From contig NC_043000.1 of assembly GCF_006345805.1 (NCBI RefSeq), positions 31,930,001 through 31,994,000 on the forward strand: DNA of 64,000 nt, given 5' to 3'. Origin of the DNA: Octopus sinensis. Taxonomy: Eukaryota. The notes below the pieces were generated by a model. The model was not told where the DNA came from. It did not search any database and was given only the letters and a program-made list of their open reading frames with translations. The position numbers and the translations under genes were made by a program. Shown here piece after piece: positions 50,700-62,519 of the stretch; the first letter of the stretch is position 1; every line of letters begins with the position of its first letter.

Positions 50700-51520
50700 A
50701 CTCAGGCGTTCTGTAGAGGGTAAGTGGCGGGTAAGTGCGTTGGCGTTCTCGGGGAGACTCTGAGTGGGGACGAGAATGAGTTGACTGGTTTGTTCCGGAG
50801 AACTTTCGGGCCGGAGCCTATGGATAATTTCTAGAAATCCTTGGCCTGACAGTGCTACCGAGGGGCGCTGCCTGTTCGGGATAAACTCTACAGGTACAGA
50901 AGTGCAGTGAGCCGGGCTTGCCCGAGATGCGCACAGAGCGACGAAACCCCTTCTGCATGCTCTCGTCCAGTGTCTGAGTATTTCTGACTTGTGGCCCTAT
51001 GTCGAACACCTGCTGTTGCATGTGGAACGGATCAGGCCATCGGCTGAATCCATTATGAAGATAGTCCCGCCGCTTTCCTTGGTCGAGAATAGCACGCTGT
51101 TTTTCTTTGCTAGATAGCCGTAGCAAAAGAGGTTGTGTGGTGGACCAGACTGAAAGGGCTGAAGACAGACACTTTCCTCAACTTTTTAAAGTTTCACTTC
51201 AAAAGGAAAGGGAGGGTGGAGTGGAAAATTTTGCCCCCATCCCCATCAATTTTGTTAAAAGGTGGGTGAATGTCGCAAGAATAGTCCGAGTGAATGGTCC
51301 TTCTCTAAGCATGCGCCTGTATACAAAGTGGAGAGTGTCCTTACCCTGGTGGTCAGGATTGCCTTGAATTTGTGGGCTTTCCACGAGCAGTCCCAGAAGG
51401 TCTCCCTCTCTCAAGGAATTTCGTTGTTATAATAGATTGTTTTTCATTGTTTGAACGACTTTCATGTAGCCCTACATTCTATTTGTCCTGTGCAGTCAAC
51501 AATGCCTTGTTTAATGTAAA
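50700..51520 (+). mobile_element. Tx1/L1-clade LINE 3' fragment, decayed
   Basis: TFGPEPMDNF..QCYRGALPVRDKLYR..CPRCAQSDET..FVKRWVNVARIVR; homologous to 36510-37150. Confidence 0.85.
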
Positions 51521-51523
51521 CCC

Positions 51524-51603
<80 letters not shown>

Positions 51604-51607
<4 letters not shown>

Positions 51608-53397
51608 TAGTATATTTTTTATATCGTGCTTTCCCTTCACTACCGAACGCAGCTCTGTGTGCCTTGGGTATGTGCTGTGATTTGTTTTGATGCTCTGATT
51701 GTTATTGTATGGAAAGTGTTCTGATAGGATGTGTGCAGTGCCTAGTAGTGCAATTTTCTGTATGTTATATGTGTTTGTAAGTTCTGGTGTTTTTGTTATG
51801 TATTTGTCTGAATATTTTTTGTATCATGCCTAATGCACCTATTATGATAGGAATTGTTTCTGCTTTTAGATTCCACATTCTGGTTACCTCTATTTCCAGG
51901 TCTTTGTATTTTGAAAGTTTCTCCATTTCTTTTAGAGACACGTTGTCATCCGCTGGTATTTTTTCTTCATGATCTCTGACAACTATATCTGGTCTTTTGG
52001 CCTTAATTTCTCTATCTGTGTGTATTGGCATATCCCAGAGTATGGTTGCTTTCTCGTTTTCTGTGACCTTTTCTGGTGTGTGCCTATACCATCTTTTTTC
52101 TGTTGTTATTCCATAATTTTGGCATAGTTTCCATTGTATATAGGTCCCAACTCTGTCGTGTCTGTGAATATATTCCTTCTTAGCCAGGACTGGGCAGCCA
52201 GAGATAATATGATTTATTGTTTCTTGTCCATCTCCACATATTCTGCAGTTACTTGTTATATTTCTTTTCATTATATGTTTTTGGTAATTTCTGGTGGGGA
52301 GGCTTTGGTCTTGTGCTGCAATTAAAAATCCTTCTGTCTCTGCTTTGAGTCCTGAGCTTCTTAACCATTGTTGGGATTTTTCTTTGTCTATTTCTTTTGC
52401 ATTTAGTTTAGTGCAGTATTTGCCATGAAGGGGCTTTTCCTGTCATCGTTTTATCATGGTTGGTTGCTGTTCTAGTTTTAGTTTGGATTTCATTTGTTTT
52501 ATAGCTTTGTTAATTCTTCTTCTTCTTCTTCTTCTTCTTCTCTTCTTCTTCTTCTTCTTCTTCTTATTCTTCTTTTCTCTTCTTCTTCTCTTCTTATTCT
52601 TCTTCCTCCTTTCTCCTTCTTCTTCTTCTTCTTCTTCTTCTTTCTTCTTCTCTTCTCTTCTTCTCTTCTTCTTCTTCTTCTTCTTCTTCTTCTTCTTCTT
52701 CTTCTCTTCTTCTTCTTCTCTCTTCTTCTTCTTCTTCATATTTGTTAGGTGGTATGATTTCTGTTTGTATTTGTCAGCTCCTTAAATACTGAGAACGTTT
52801 TTTGTTTTGCTCATGTTTTGCCGCTATTCGTATCAGTTTTCCTTCCTTCTGAAGTAGATATTTTTGCAGTCGTATGGTGATTATTTTATAGTAGTTTTCC
52901 AGCTGTATAAGGCCTCTACCACCGTCTATACGTTGTATATATAGCCTTTCTATGTCAGATTTTGGGTGATGCATCCTAGATCCTGTCATTATTTTTCTTG
53001 TTTTCCTATCTATTTTGGTCAGTTAATTTAGTGTCCAGTTAAGGATATTGTAGCTGTAACTTATAACTGGGACGGCTAAAGTGTTGATACCTATTATCTT
53101 GTTTTTAGCATTGATCTAACTCGTCTATAATATTCTTTTTTTAATTTTCTCTTTCATTTGTGTGTGTTGTGTCTTATCTAGTTCATGGATTCCTAAGTAT
53201 TTGTACGTTTGGCTTTGGTCTAATTCTTTTATTTCATTGGTTTTATCTGGTGTGATGTTGCCACTCTTAATTAGTTTTCCTCTTTTCAGGGTTACTTTGG
53301 CGCATTTCGCTAATCCAAATTTCATATATATTTCTTTGGCAAATCCATGAACTGTCTTTAGTAGTATTTCCAGCTGTTAGTCATTTGTAGCGTATAG

Positions 53398-53400
<3 letters not shown>
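51604..53400 (-). mobile_element. Dong LINE 3' 1.8 kb, same subfamily as 42541
   Basis: Near-identical to 42541-44170; contains a (CTT)n expansion; (TTA)n on both sides. Confidence 0.93.
52514..52738. repeat. (CTT)n/(GAA)n expansion inside a LINE ORF
   Basis: About 225 bp, versus a ~30-bp ctt-rich stretch in the sister copy at 43465-43492. Confidence 0.9.
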
Positions 53401-53466
<66 letters not shown>

Positions 53467-56400
53467 GTTTTTTCCTTCTTTCTTCAAATTTTCTTCCGTT
53501 TCTCGCCGAGTGTTTTCCATACACCTAGGGCAGAGAAGGGCATTGTATGCATTCCCAGATTACACGCGCAAATTCACAGATAACATACGTATTTAAAAAT
53601 TAATAAATAAATAAATTCATGGATGGATGGATGTTATTTTCACAGCGATAGTGCTCTTCTCAGTACATGAGCCGTTCCAGTTAATACGATTTTTTGCACT
53701 TCCGGTAGGGATGGTAAGCCTAGAATCATCTTCAAATAGGTTTCAGTGCCTTTTTTTATCATTCCTAGAGATCCTACAATCACTGGTACTGTAGTCGCCT
53801 TGAGATGCCACATTTTTTCAATTTCCATTAGCAGGTCTTTATATTTACTAATCTTGTCAAATTCTTTCGCCGCTATATTGTGATCACAGGGAATACTCAT
53901 GTCAATTAATAAACACATCCTTTTTGTCTGATCTTTTATAATGATATCCAGTTTATTGGCTTTTATAGTCCTGTCGGTCAGCACGGGGAAATCCCATAGA
54001 ATCGACACATTTTCTCCCTCAGTCACAGCTTCAGGATGATGTTTATACCATTTGTCAGCGGTTTTGATTTTATAATGCCGACATATTGTCCAGTGTAAAT
54101 ACTGGCCGACTCTGTCATGTCTTGCTTTATATTCTGCAGATGCTAAGACTCTACACTTTGAGATTAGGTGGTCTATTGTTTCAATCTCATCGTTACAGAA
54201 TCGGCATTTTAGGTCAGCTCCATTTTTCATCACATTGGCTTGGTAGTTCCGGGTAAATAAGCTTTGGTCTTGAGCAGCTAATATGAAACCTTCACTCTCT
54301 GCTTTTAGCCCTGAACTTCGTAACCATTGGTGCGTGTGTTTCTGGTCGACATCAGCTTGTTTGCTACGGACCACATACTTGCCATGGAGATGTTTCTGTT
54401 CCCATCTGCTAGCTAAATTTTCATGTGCTTTTGTCTTTGCAATTAATTTTATTTTCTTTGCAGCTGCAGTTGGCTCATTTCCTTCAGCCTGCTCAATCTG
54501 GCGGGTATCTAAGAGATCAGCAGCGAATTTTTTGGTCTCTTTGAGAACAGAGTGAAGTTTTTTAGGTCTTTCATGTTTTTCAACAAGTTTTAGCATCCAA
54601 TCGTTGGTTGCTTCAAGGTATTTGGCCAGTACGATTGTGGTGGTTTTGTATGTAAGTTCAAGCTGGATCAAACCTCGACCTCCCAGAGCTCTGGGAAGGT
54701 AAAGGCGATCCACGTCTGCCTTTGGATGGTGAATCTTATTACAAGTCAGTAGCTTGCGGATTTTCCTGTCAATTTTCATTATTTCACTAGTATTCCAGTT
54801 AAGCACATTGAAGCTATAAAGAACAACTGGTACTGCTAAGGAATTTATGGCTAAAACCTTATTATATGCATTCAGCTCAGACTTCAGGACTGCTCGAACT
54901 CTTCTATAACATTCTTTCCTAACCTTCTCTTTCATGCTTGCATGCTGGATACCAGAGCCTTCATTTGTTCCTAGGTATTTATAGGTTTGTTCCTGCTCAA
55001 GTTCCTTTATTACTATTTCGACATCTAATTCGATTGAACTAGACTTTACCAATTTCCCTTTCTTAAAAGTGGCTTTGGCACACTTTTCAAGGCCAAACTC
55101 CATCCCGATATCATCACTGAATCCTTTGACAGTATGTAATAATCCTTCAAGATCTTCATCATCTTTGCCATATAGCTTTAAGTCATCCATATAAAATAGA
55201 TGGCTTATTTTCTTGTTGTCAATTTTGTAGCCATATCCTGTTCTATTCAGTTCACTTGAGAGTGGTATTAGTACTATGCAGAATATTAGTGGTGAAAGTG
55301 AGTCACCTTGGAAAATTCCACAGTTTATGCTAATGTTGTTTGATTGCAATACTCCATTAGAATGATATAATTGGAGCTTCGTGTTCCATAGTGACATATT
55401 ATACTTAAAAAAATCTGAAATCACAGGAGAAATTTTGAAAATGTCCAGCGATTTCAGAATCCACGAATGTGGTATGCTGTCAAAGGCTTTTTTATAATCA
55501 ATCCATGAAGAGCTGAGATTTCTGCACTTGTTATGGCAGTTCTCAAGGATCATGCGATTAATTAGGAGCTGATCTTTGCATCCGTATGAGCCCCGTCTGC
55601 ATCCTTTTTGTTCAGTGGGAAAGAGGTTCTTCTCTTCCATAAACGTATATGTTTTCTCTACTAGAATAGATGTCAAGATCTTATAGGTAGTAGATAAACA
55701 TGTATAGGCCGATAGTTTTTTGGGTCTTTCGTTTTGTTATTTTTGGAAAGGAGGTAAGTAATACCGTTTGCCATCCAATGTGGTGTTTTTTTTGGGTCTT
55801 TCATAATACTATTAAATAGTATTACTAACATTTTGTGTGCGGAAGAGAGTGATGAGAGCCAGAAATTTGGTACTCTATCAATACCAGGGGATTTCCACTT
55901 ATGAGCCTTCGTTAGTGCTCTTCTTAGGTCGGCGATTGAGATGTCTTCCCATACCTGTTCGTGTAGATTTCTGTAATCATCTTGGGTGCGTTTGATCCAC
56001 TCTGCATTTTCATTGTATGGTTTCTCATCACTCCAGATCCCCTTCCAAAAGTTTTCAACTTCTTCCATTAGGGGTGGATTTTCAATGGTTATTTTTTCTT
56101 TCCCTATTTCCTTGTAAAATGATTTGGCATTGGATTTGAACATCTTATTTTGTTGTAGAATTTGATTCTTTTCTCAAATCTGCGTATTCTCTGAGCTTTT
56201 GCTTGAACTTTTGTTTAAGTGTTTCTTTCGCTGACATTAGTTCTTCTCTTGTTGAATGTCCATATTTTCTCACAATCTTCCTGCCTTTCTTGATCTTACA
56301 TCATTTCCAGAGATTAGCTCAGTTAATATTGATATCTCCTTCGCAATGATTCAATTTCAGTTTCAATTCTACTCCTCCAGTTTGATTTTCTTTTCGAATT

Positions 56401-57070
56401 TGGTATTTTTGGCTTTTTGGGTGTTTAAACAGCGTCTTTCGATTACCTTAGCGACAGAGTAAATAATTTCATTTAATTATTAAGATCGGGTTTTAGTTGT
56501 TGTATGATTCCTGTGTAATGCAGTTGCCAATTTTATTTGTGTTTTATGTTGGTGTTCATTTGAGAGTTTATGGAGTGGTTCCCTATCATTCATAGTTGTA
56601 TGCCCTACAACTGCAAGCTCATTCAGAACTTCTTGCTTCATTTCAATGATAAATTTTCTGTGTTGTTCAACAAACATGTGATTTTCAAAATCTGTTTCGA
56701 CATCGTTTTCCGGGCTGTTTTTCTAGGGTCATATTTTCCTTCTTCTTCAGGATCTTGAGTCAATTCGGCAGATGGTCGCCTTTCAGTCAATGCTTGTGGC
56801 CCAACATTCCTCTCCTCAGCTTCGATATTTCTTTCCTGACTTGCATTTAGGTCATTCTCTACCACTTTTTTAATAGAGGTTAATTCTGCATCTGTGAGTC
56901 TGGTATTTCTGAAGATATCTCTTCTAACATTTGCTAATCTGTTTTCATCCAGGTTTGGTCTGCTAGCTGGATTCCGGCTCCTCCAAATTCTGTAGGAGTT
57001 TGCGGTGTGTTTTTCTTGGGTTGGCCTACTTAATGCAAAGTAATAAGCATATATTACTTCTTTATATTCT
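53467..57070 (-). mobile_element. Dong/R4-type LINE, 3.6 kb, between (TTA)n arrays
   Basis: ORF pieces 56638-56865, 56480-56677, 55673-56143 and 53640-55676, in order. Confidence 0.93.
53640..55676 (-). CDS. RT + CCHC zinc knuckle + restriction-like endonuclease (R4/Dong clade), 678-aa uninterrupted part
   Basis: EQKGC, WIDYKKAFDS, GIFQGDSLSPL, YMDDLKL, CRFC..ETIDHLISKC, RHD, K(L)DIII..IDMSIP..KYKDL. Frameshifted from the upstream part, so probably non-functional as a whole. Confidence 0.9.
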   Translation of the reverse strand: MTSILVEKTYTFMEEKNLFPTEQKGCRRGSYGCKDQLLINRMILENCHNKCRNLSSSWIDYKKAFDSIPHSWILKSLDIFKISPVISDFFKYNMSLWNTKLQLYHSNGVLQSNNISINCGIFQGDSLSPLIFCIVLIPLSSELNRTGYGYKIDNKKISHLFYMDDLKLYGKDDEDLEGLLHTVKGFSDDIGMEFGLEKCAKATFKKGKLVKSSSIELDVEIVIKELEQEQTYKYLGTNEGSGIQHASMKEKVRKECYRRVRAVLKSELNAYNKVLAINSLAVPVVLYSFNVLNWNTSEIMKIDRKIRKLLTCNKIHHPKADVDRLYLPRALGGRGLIQLELTYKTTTIVLAKYLEATNDWMLKLVEKHERPKKLHSVLKETKKFAADLLDTRQIEQAEGNEPTAAAKKIKLIAKTKAHENLASRWEQKHLHGKYVVRSKQADVDQKHTHQWLRSSGLKAESEGFILAAQDQSLFTRNYQANVMKNGADLKCRFCNDEIETIDHLISKCRVLASAEYKARHDRVGQYLHWTICRHYKIKTADKWYKHHPEAVTEGENVSILWDFPVLTDRTIKANKLDIIIKDQTKRMCLLIDMSIPCDHNIAAKEFDKISKYKDLLMEIEKMWHLKATTVPVIVGSLGMIKKGTETYLKMILGLPSLPEVQKIVLTGTAHVLRRALSL

Positions 57071-57109
57071 TCCCGGTTCCATTTAGTTCTTTTACTTTTT
57101 TGATTATTA

Positions 57110-57185
<76 letters not shown>

Positions 57186-57189
57186 CATT

Positions 57190-58390
57190 AAGTCAAAATT
57201 AAAAGAAGGGTGCCATTGTAATCTAGTGAACGATATTTCGACATCTCGTGTGTCTTCAACTGGTTCAAAAAATAAATTTGACAAAATTTGAAGCAGTTAT
57301 TGGGCAAATTTCCACTGCATCACCGGTTACCCTTCCGTGTTGCTGATGTGTGTGTGCAGCATTGTGTGTTCTTGTTTTTCTTCTTTCCGGGAATGTGCAA
57401 ACTCTTCCAGGTATTGTATTGCATCAGTTTGTTTTGCTATGGGGTCTGGTTGCAGTCTGTTGTTGTATTAATGTTTGTATTGTGTGTTGTGTGTGTAACG
57501 CGAGTTGTGTTCATTTGTTGAGTATCTGACCTGCAGAGGGTTGTATATTATTTTGGTGGGGGGGGATATATGCCATATAATATGTCATATAGAGTGAGTC
57601 TTGTGTTTCAGGATTGTTTTACTTGTGTTGTACTATTGAGTTAATCGTGTCTTGCGTAGGATGTGGACTGTTCCTAGCAGGCTTAACTATTGGACAGTGT
57701 GTAATGTTGAGGCTCCTGGTATAGCGGCGTCTACGGTTTTGTGTCATATGTTTTTTATGATGCCCAATGCTCCAATTATCATTGGTTTTCGCCCTCATGC
57801 CTCACATCTTGAATACTTCAATCTCGAGGTCTCTATACAATTTCTCCACTTCCTTTTGCGCAATACTTTGGTCAGAAGGGACTGCAATGTCTATCAGTAA
57901 GCCGGTATTTGGCTTTTTCCAATCCTTGATTATTATGTCGGGTTGATTAGCTTTTATTTCTTTGTCAGTTTGAATAGGCATATCCCAGGTGATTGTGGCT
58001 TGGTCATTGTCCCATACCTTGTTCGGCACATGCTTATACCATTTATAGTTAGTTTTTATGTTGTAGTGTTGGCATATTGTCCAGTGGATATAACTACTTA
58101 TTCGGTTGTGTCTTTATATATATTCAGATTTGGCGAGTTCTGGACAACCAATACTGATGTCGCCAACTGTCTCATTGTGCTGGTTGCACATTCTGCATTT
58201 GGTGTTGGGGCCTGTTTTCATTATTTAGCCTTTATAGTTATTTGTGGTCAGGCATTGGTCTTGTGCAGCGAGAATCAATCCTTCCGTTTCTGTTTTTTAA
58301 TTCAGAGCTTTTGAGTCACTTATCTGTCAAGCCTTGCAGGCTTTTAGCCATGCAGTGATTTTTCTCTCCAGTTGTTCTTTTGTATGTTTT
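57190..58390 (-). mobile_element. Dong-type LINE 3' fragment, another subfamily
   Basis: ITWDMPIQTDKEIKANQPDIIIKD..LLIDIAVPSD. The 3' boundary is uncertain. Confidence 0.75.
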
Positions 58391-58394
58391 GTAT

Positions 58395-58775
58395 TGGCAG
58401 AAACGTTAGCACGCTGGACCAAATGTTTAACGGTACTTCACTCGCCACTACATTCTGAGTTCAAATTCTACCGAGGTCGACTTTATCTTTCATCCTTTCG
58501 GGGTCGATAAATTAAATACCAGTTACGCACTGGGGTCGATATAATCAACTTAATCCGTTTGTCTGTCCTTGTTTGTCCTCTCTGTGTTAGTCCCTTGTGG
58601 GTAGTAAAACATAGGTATTTCACTCGTCACTACATTCTGAGTTCAAATTCTACCGAAGTCGACATTGTTTTTCATCCTTTCGGGGTCGATAAATTAAGCA
58701 CCAGTTGCGTACTGGGGTCGATGTAATCGACTGTTCCCTTCCCGCCATATTTCAGGACTTGTACATTTGGTAGAA
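58395..58775 (+). mobile_element. SINE family A dimer, older
   Basis: Two units joined at aaaacatag-gtatttc (58606-58621). Confidence 0.8.
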
Positions 58776-59691
58776 AGGATTACTACTGTTGTTGTTGTAT
58801 TTGTCATCGTTGTCGTTGTCATCATCCTCCTCTTTTTCCTTCTCTTCCTCCTTCTCCTCCTCCTCATCATCATTATCATTATCATGACCACTTTCTAATC
58901 ATAAATGAAATTTCTATATTTAGTTTCAGGCAAGAAATTCGTTAGACACATGTTAGCAGCCCAAATTCTGCTGGATAATTCATTCATGAATCTATGTATC
59001 TTAATTCTCGCTGATAATAATTTTGTTTATCCTGATTAATATTTGCCATTCTTAAACAACAGGTGTGGCTCGGTTTTAAGTTTATCGCTGATTTTATCAA
59101 ACCAGTTAATTCCATAGATGTAATATATTGACACTGAATTGAATATGAAAATTTCCGCCAATATATTAATATGAGTTGGCATGCTATTTTATCAATTCTT
59201 GTATACTCGAATGCAGGATTATTAAAATCAATAAATGTTTATTTTATTCGATATTAATCTTATACACTTGTAGCCAATAGTAACTGGCTGCCTTTTATCC
59301 AGATCAAATACAACGTAACTAAATCATACAGGAATGTTAAAATATATAAACAACGTTTCGAAAGTTTAATGAAAAATTAGACTTTATTATCTTCCAGTAA
59401 GAAAATGTGATAAGGTTCGCAGGCACAAGTGATAAAGAACTAATGTAGTTAACATTCTCCTTTGACTTCGAACTCCGATTGGGAGTAGCGAGTTTCTAGT
59501 CCTCCGCCCTACTTGCGTCGAGGCACTTATTATCAGAGAGATAAAGATAATTTCATTTCTGCTGTCTAATTGTTTATATTATTTATCAACCTCCTACATA
59601 AGCCAAAAGAGATTGTTAGATATCAACAAATGAGTGATTTATCTCAACCTACACACAAACCGATTGTATTTATGAAGAAGTGGAGGGGTGG

Positions 59692-59910
59692 GGGCACACG
59701 GCCTAGCAGATTAGTTTGTTGCACTCATGATCGTGAGATCGTGGTTTCGATTCCTAGACGTTGCTCAGCGATCGCTTCGACACCTGACGCGTGGTACAAT
59801 CGTGCTCCTGTTCGAACAACATCGATTTGCTAGAGGGGATGAGCTAATGTACAGCACATGCATTTGATCATTAGAAACAAATGATTCGTGCAGGTCGTTT
59901 GGCTAAAATG
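59692..59910 (+). mobile_element. tRNA-derived SINE, other family
   Basis: cggcctagcag..gtggtttcgattcct A/B-box-like head. Confidence 0.55.
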
Positions 59911-60699
59911 TGCGTGTGTGTGTGTGTATGTGTGTACATAATGACTAATGCGATCTCTGCATTGCAAGTCTATGATGCAATGCAGTAACTGCCTTAATGA
60001 ACAAAGTGATCTTATTCTCAACTGTAAACATAGATTATGCTACACATTCTTAAGGTACAATGATAGTGCTGTCCCCAATAATTCTCTAGTTAATTCTCTA
60101 ACATCCCCTCTACTTTAATTTATAACATTTACCTTTCTAGGCTATTTCTATATATTTCCCTGGCTCTGACGTCTCTTTACGTTCTCCTCTTTTGCGTGTG
60201 TGATGTAAGCGACCGCGCGCGTACTTATGTTGATACATCGGGTGTGAAATGAGTAGACGTGTGTATGCATAGCTGTGCGATTCTGCATATTTATTGTGAC
60301 GTATTAAGCGGCCAACTCCACTAGCGCCTACCATACACTACTATCTTTACCCACCCCAGGGGCAGTAGATTTCTCGCTCATAGAACGCCAAGGCTGTAAA
60401 TTAGCTAGAGCTTCCTCGAAGGCATCAAATCTAGCTCTAAGGTTCTCAAGTTCGATCTTCAGTTTGTTGTCTTGCAGGTTTTCTTTCAACATCTTGCATC
60501 TACAGCCGCATTTAATAGAAAGCTGCGGTCTTAATTTCGGGGTTGCAGATTTCGATCTTGTTACTATTGGAATGGTTATGTTTTAACAAAAAATGGTTCA
60601 GGTAACCAAAGAGAATAAACAGCAGCATTTAAGTTTGAAGGATAGGTGAAAATGGGGAGAAAAATAAACTTGTGTTAGGTCTTCTCAGCAACAGCCGAC

Positions 60700-60892
60700 G
60701 TGGAGGCGCAATGACCTAGTGGTTAGGGTAGCGGACTCGCGGTCGGAAGATCGCGGTTTCGATTCCCAAACCGGGCGTTGTGTGTGTTTATTGAGCGAAA
60801 ACACCTAAAGTTCCACGATGCTCCGGCAGGAGCGGTGGCGACCCCTGTTGTACTCTTTCGCCCCAACTTTCTCTCACTTTTTCTTCCTGTTT
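60700..60892 (+). mobile_element. SINE family D 5' half
   Basis: Matches 27759-27955, then diverges after cttcctgtttc. Confidence 0.85.
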
Positions 60893-61416
60893 CTTGTCCC
60901 CGACTTCCTATGCAACCGCTGAGCCTGGATGCGCATTCATCCATCCGTCGATGTTCTCGGTGTCGGGGGTTGACCTGCTTTCTCTTCTGCGGGTCTTACG
61001 AATAGCAAAGGACCACGTTTCGGACTTCTCCCACTACAGAGGCGCGATCTTGCGAGCTCTGGGATGGAGACCGCTTCGCTGAACAGCAACAGCAACAGCC
61101 GACAATATTGATATTGTTGATAGAGAGAATAAGACGGGACAAAAACAGCGCAGGATGATGAGTTCGGAAGAGAAGAAGAGAAAATATTCCACAATTGCAT
61201 ATAATAATCCACAATCAGGGTGAAAACAGCAGCAGAAATCTTTTGAACGTAGGTGAACCGTTGATATCCAAAGTTGATGTGAAGATTATCCGTCATAAGT
61301 TTCAGACATCTTCCAATTAAAAGAATCAAAAGCTTCTTACTTTTTTTTATATAAAAATTCTTCTTTTGTTAAATGAATTGCTTAAGTTCCTTTGTAGAAA
61401 ACTAACTAATAAAGAA

Positions 61417-61459
<43 letters not shown>

Positions 61460-61634
61460 TCAGTCTTTCAACAATAGTATGAACATAGAAAAGGAACTTT
61501 AAAAGGCTCCGAACTACTGACAGTTTGTAAATATATACGTAAGTTAGTAGAAACTAAAGTACATGTCAAAAGAGAAGCGTCACCGGCGATCAGCCACTAC
61601 ATACACACAAACACACACACACACATATGTATGT

Positions 61635-61810
<176 letters not shown>

Positions 61811-62070
61811 CAACTCCACTGACCATTCAAAATACTACAGTCAAGGCACTCCCAAATTCTTCGTCTTCTTCCTCCCCTTCTCCTCCTCCTCCTCCTCCTT
61901 CTTCTTCTTCCCTACCAAGAATTCACAACGACCTCGAACCCATAAGAGTAAACAAGAGAGTCAGAGAAAGGCAGAAACAAGGAAAATGTCACTTATTTTT
62001 GAACACTATACAAATATTCTTTTAAAAAACTTTTCTTTTAATTTTTCTAAATTTAATTATTTAATTGTTA

Positions 62071-62106
62071 CAGTTGAAAAGGTCTCAATGACTGAAACCG
62101 GTACTG
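62071..62106 (+). ncRNA. Hammerhead-like motif, UUGAAAA (U3:A8) core
   Basis: CAG TTGAAAA GGTC tcaat GACT GAAA C cg G TA CTG; palindromic ACCGGT stem III. Confidence 0.6.
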
Positions 62107-62259
62107 AAATGTCCTTTATAAAATTATTTTAGCATTTTCTATCATGACTTGCTTTTTCATATATATATATATATTTTTCAAAATGTGATCTCTTGAGCAC
62201 CACCAGCAAAAAAATTTTTTTCCTCTGTCTTCCCTTCTCGGGATCTTTCCTTCTCCTTT

Positions 62260-62294
62260 GTTTCCGACGAAGAGCTCCGCTCGAAACGTTAAAC
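62260..62294 (+). ncRNA. Minimal hammerhead-like motif, CCGACGA core
   Basis: GTTT CCGACGA A GAGC tcc GCTC GAAA CG TT AAAC, in the (TA)n-flanked unit 62175-62402. Confidence 0.65.
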
Positions 62295-62399
62295 CCTACT
62301 TCCCTTCTTTATTGAGCGTCAAATAATACTTTAATTGTTCCACGTCCTCGCGTTGCTGTGTTTCTTTCTGTGTTTCTTTCTGTGTTTTCTTGTTTGGAT

Positions 62400-62441
<42 letters not shown>

Positions 62442-62519
62442 AACTCGCTTTATGTAATTGAAACTGTCTCAAATTCAAATAGACATCTGTGTATTATACT
62501 TTCTATTGAAAGGCGTTAA

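Noticed and set aside
52443-52785. Lys/Arg/Glu-rich or Ser/Leu/Phe-rich ORFs
   Set aside because: Translation of the (CTT)n expansion.
53640-55676. Novel host RT-nuclease gene or retron-like system
   Set aside because: Motif order, frameshifts, multiple copies and (TAA)n flanks are fully explained by an R4/Dong non-LTR retrotransposon.
42463-57188. Segmental duplication explaining the two similar trains
   Set aside because: Truncation points and intervening elements differ, so independent insertions fit better.
60995-61045. Hammerhead-like CTGTAGT..GGA/TCC GAAAC gtg GTC on the minus strand
   Set aside because: Two core deviations and no stem I pairing.
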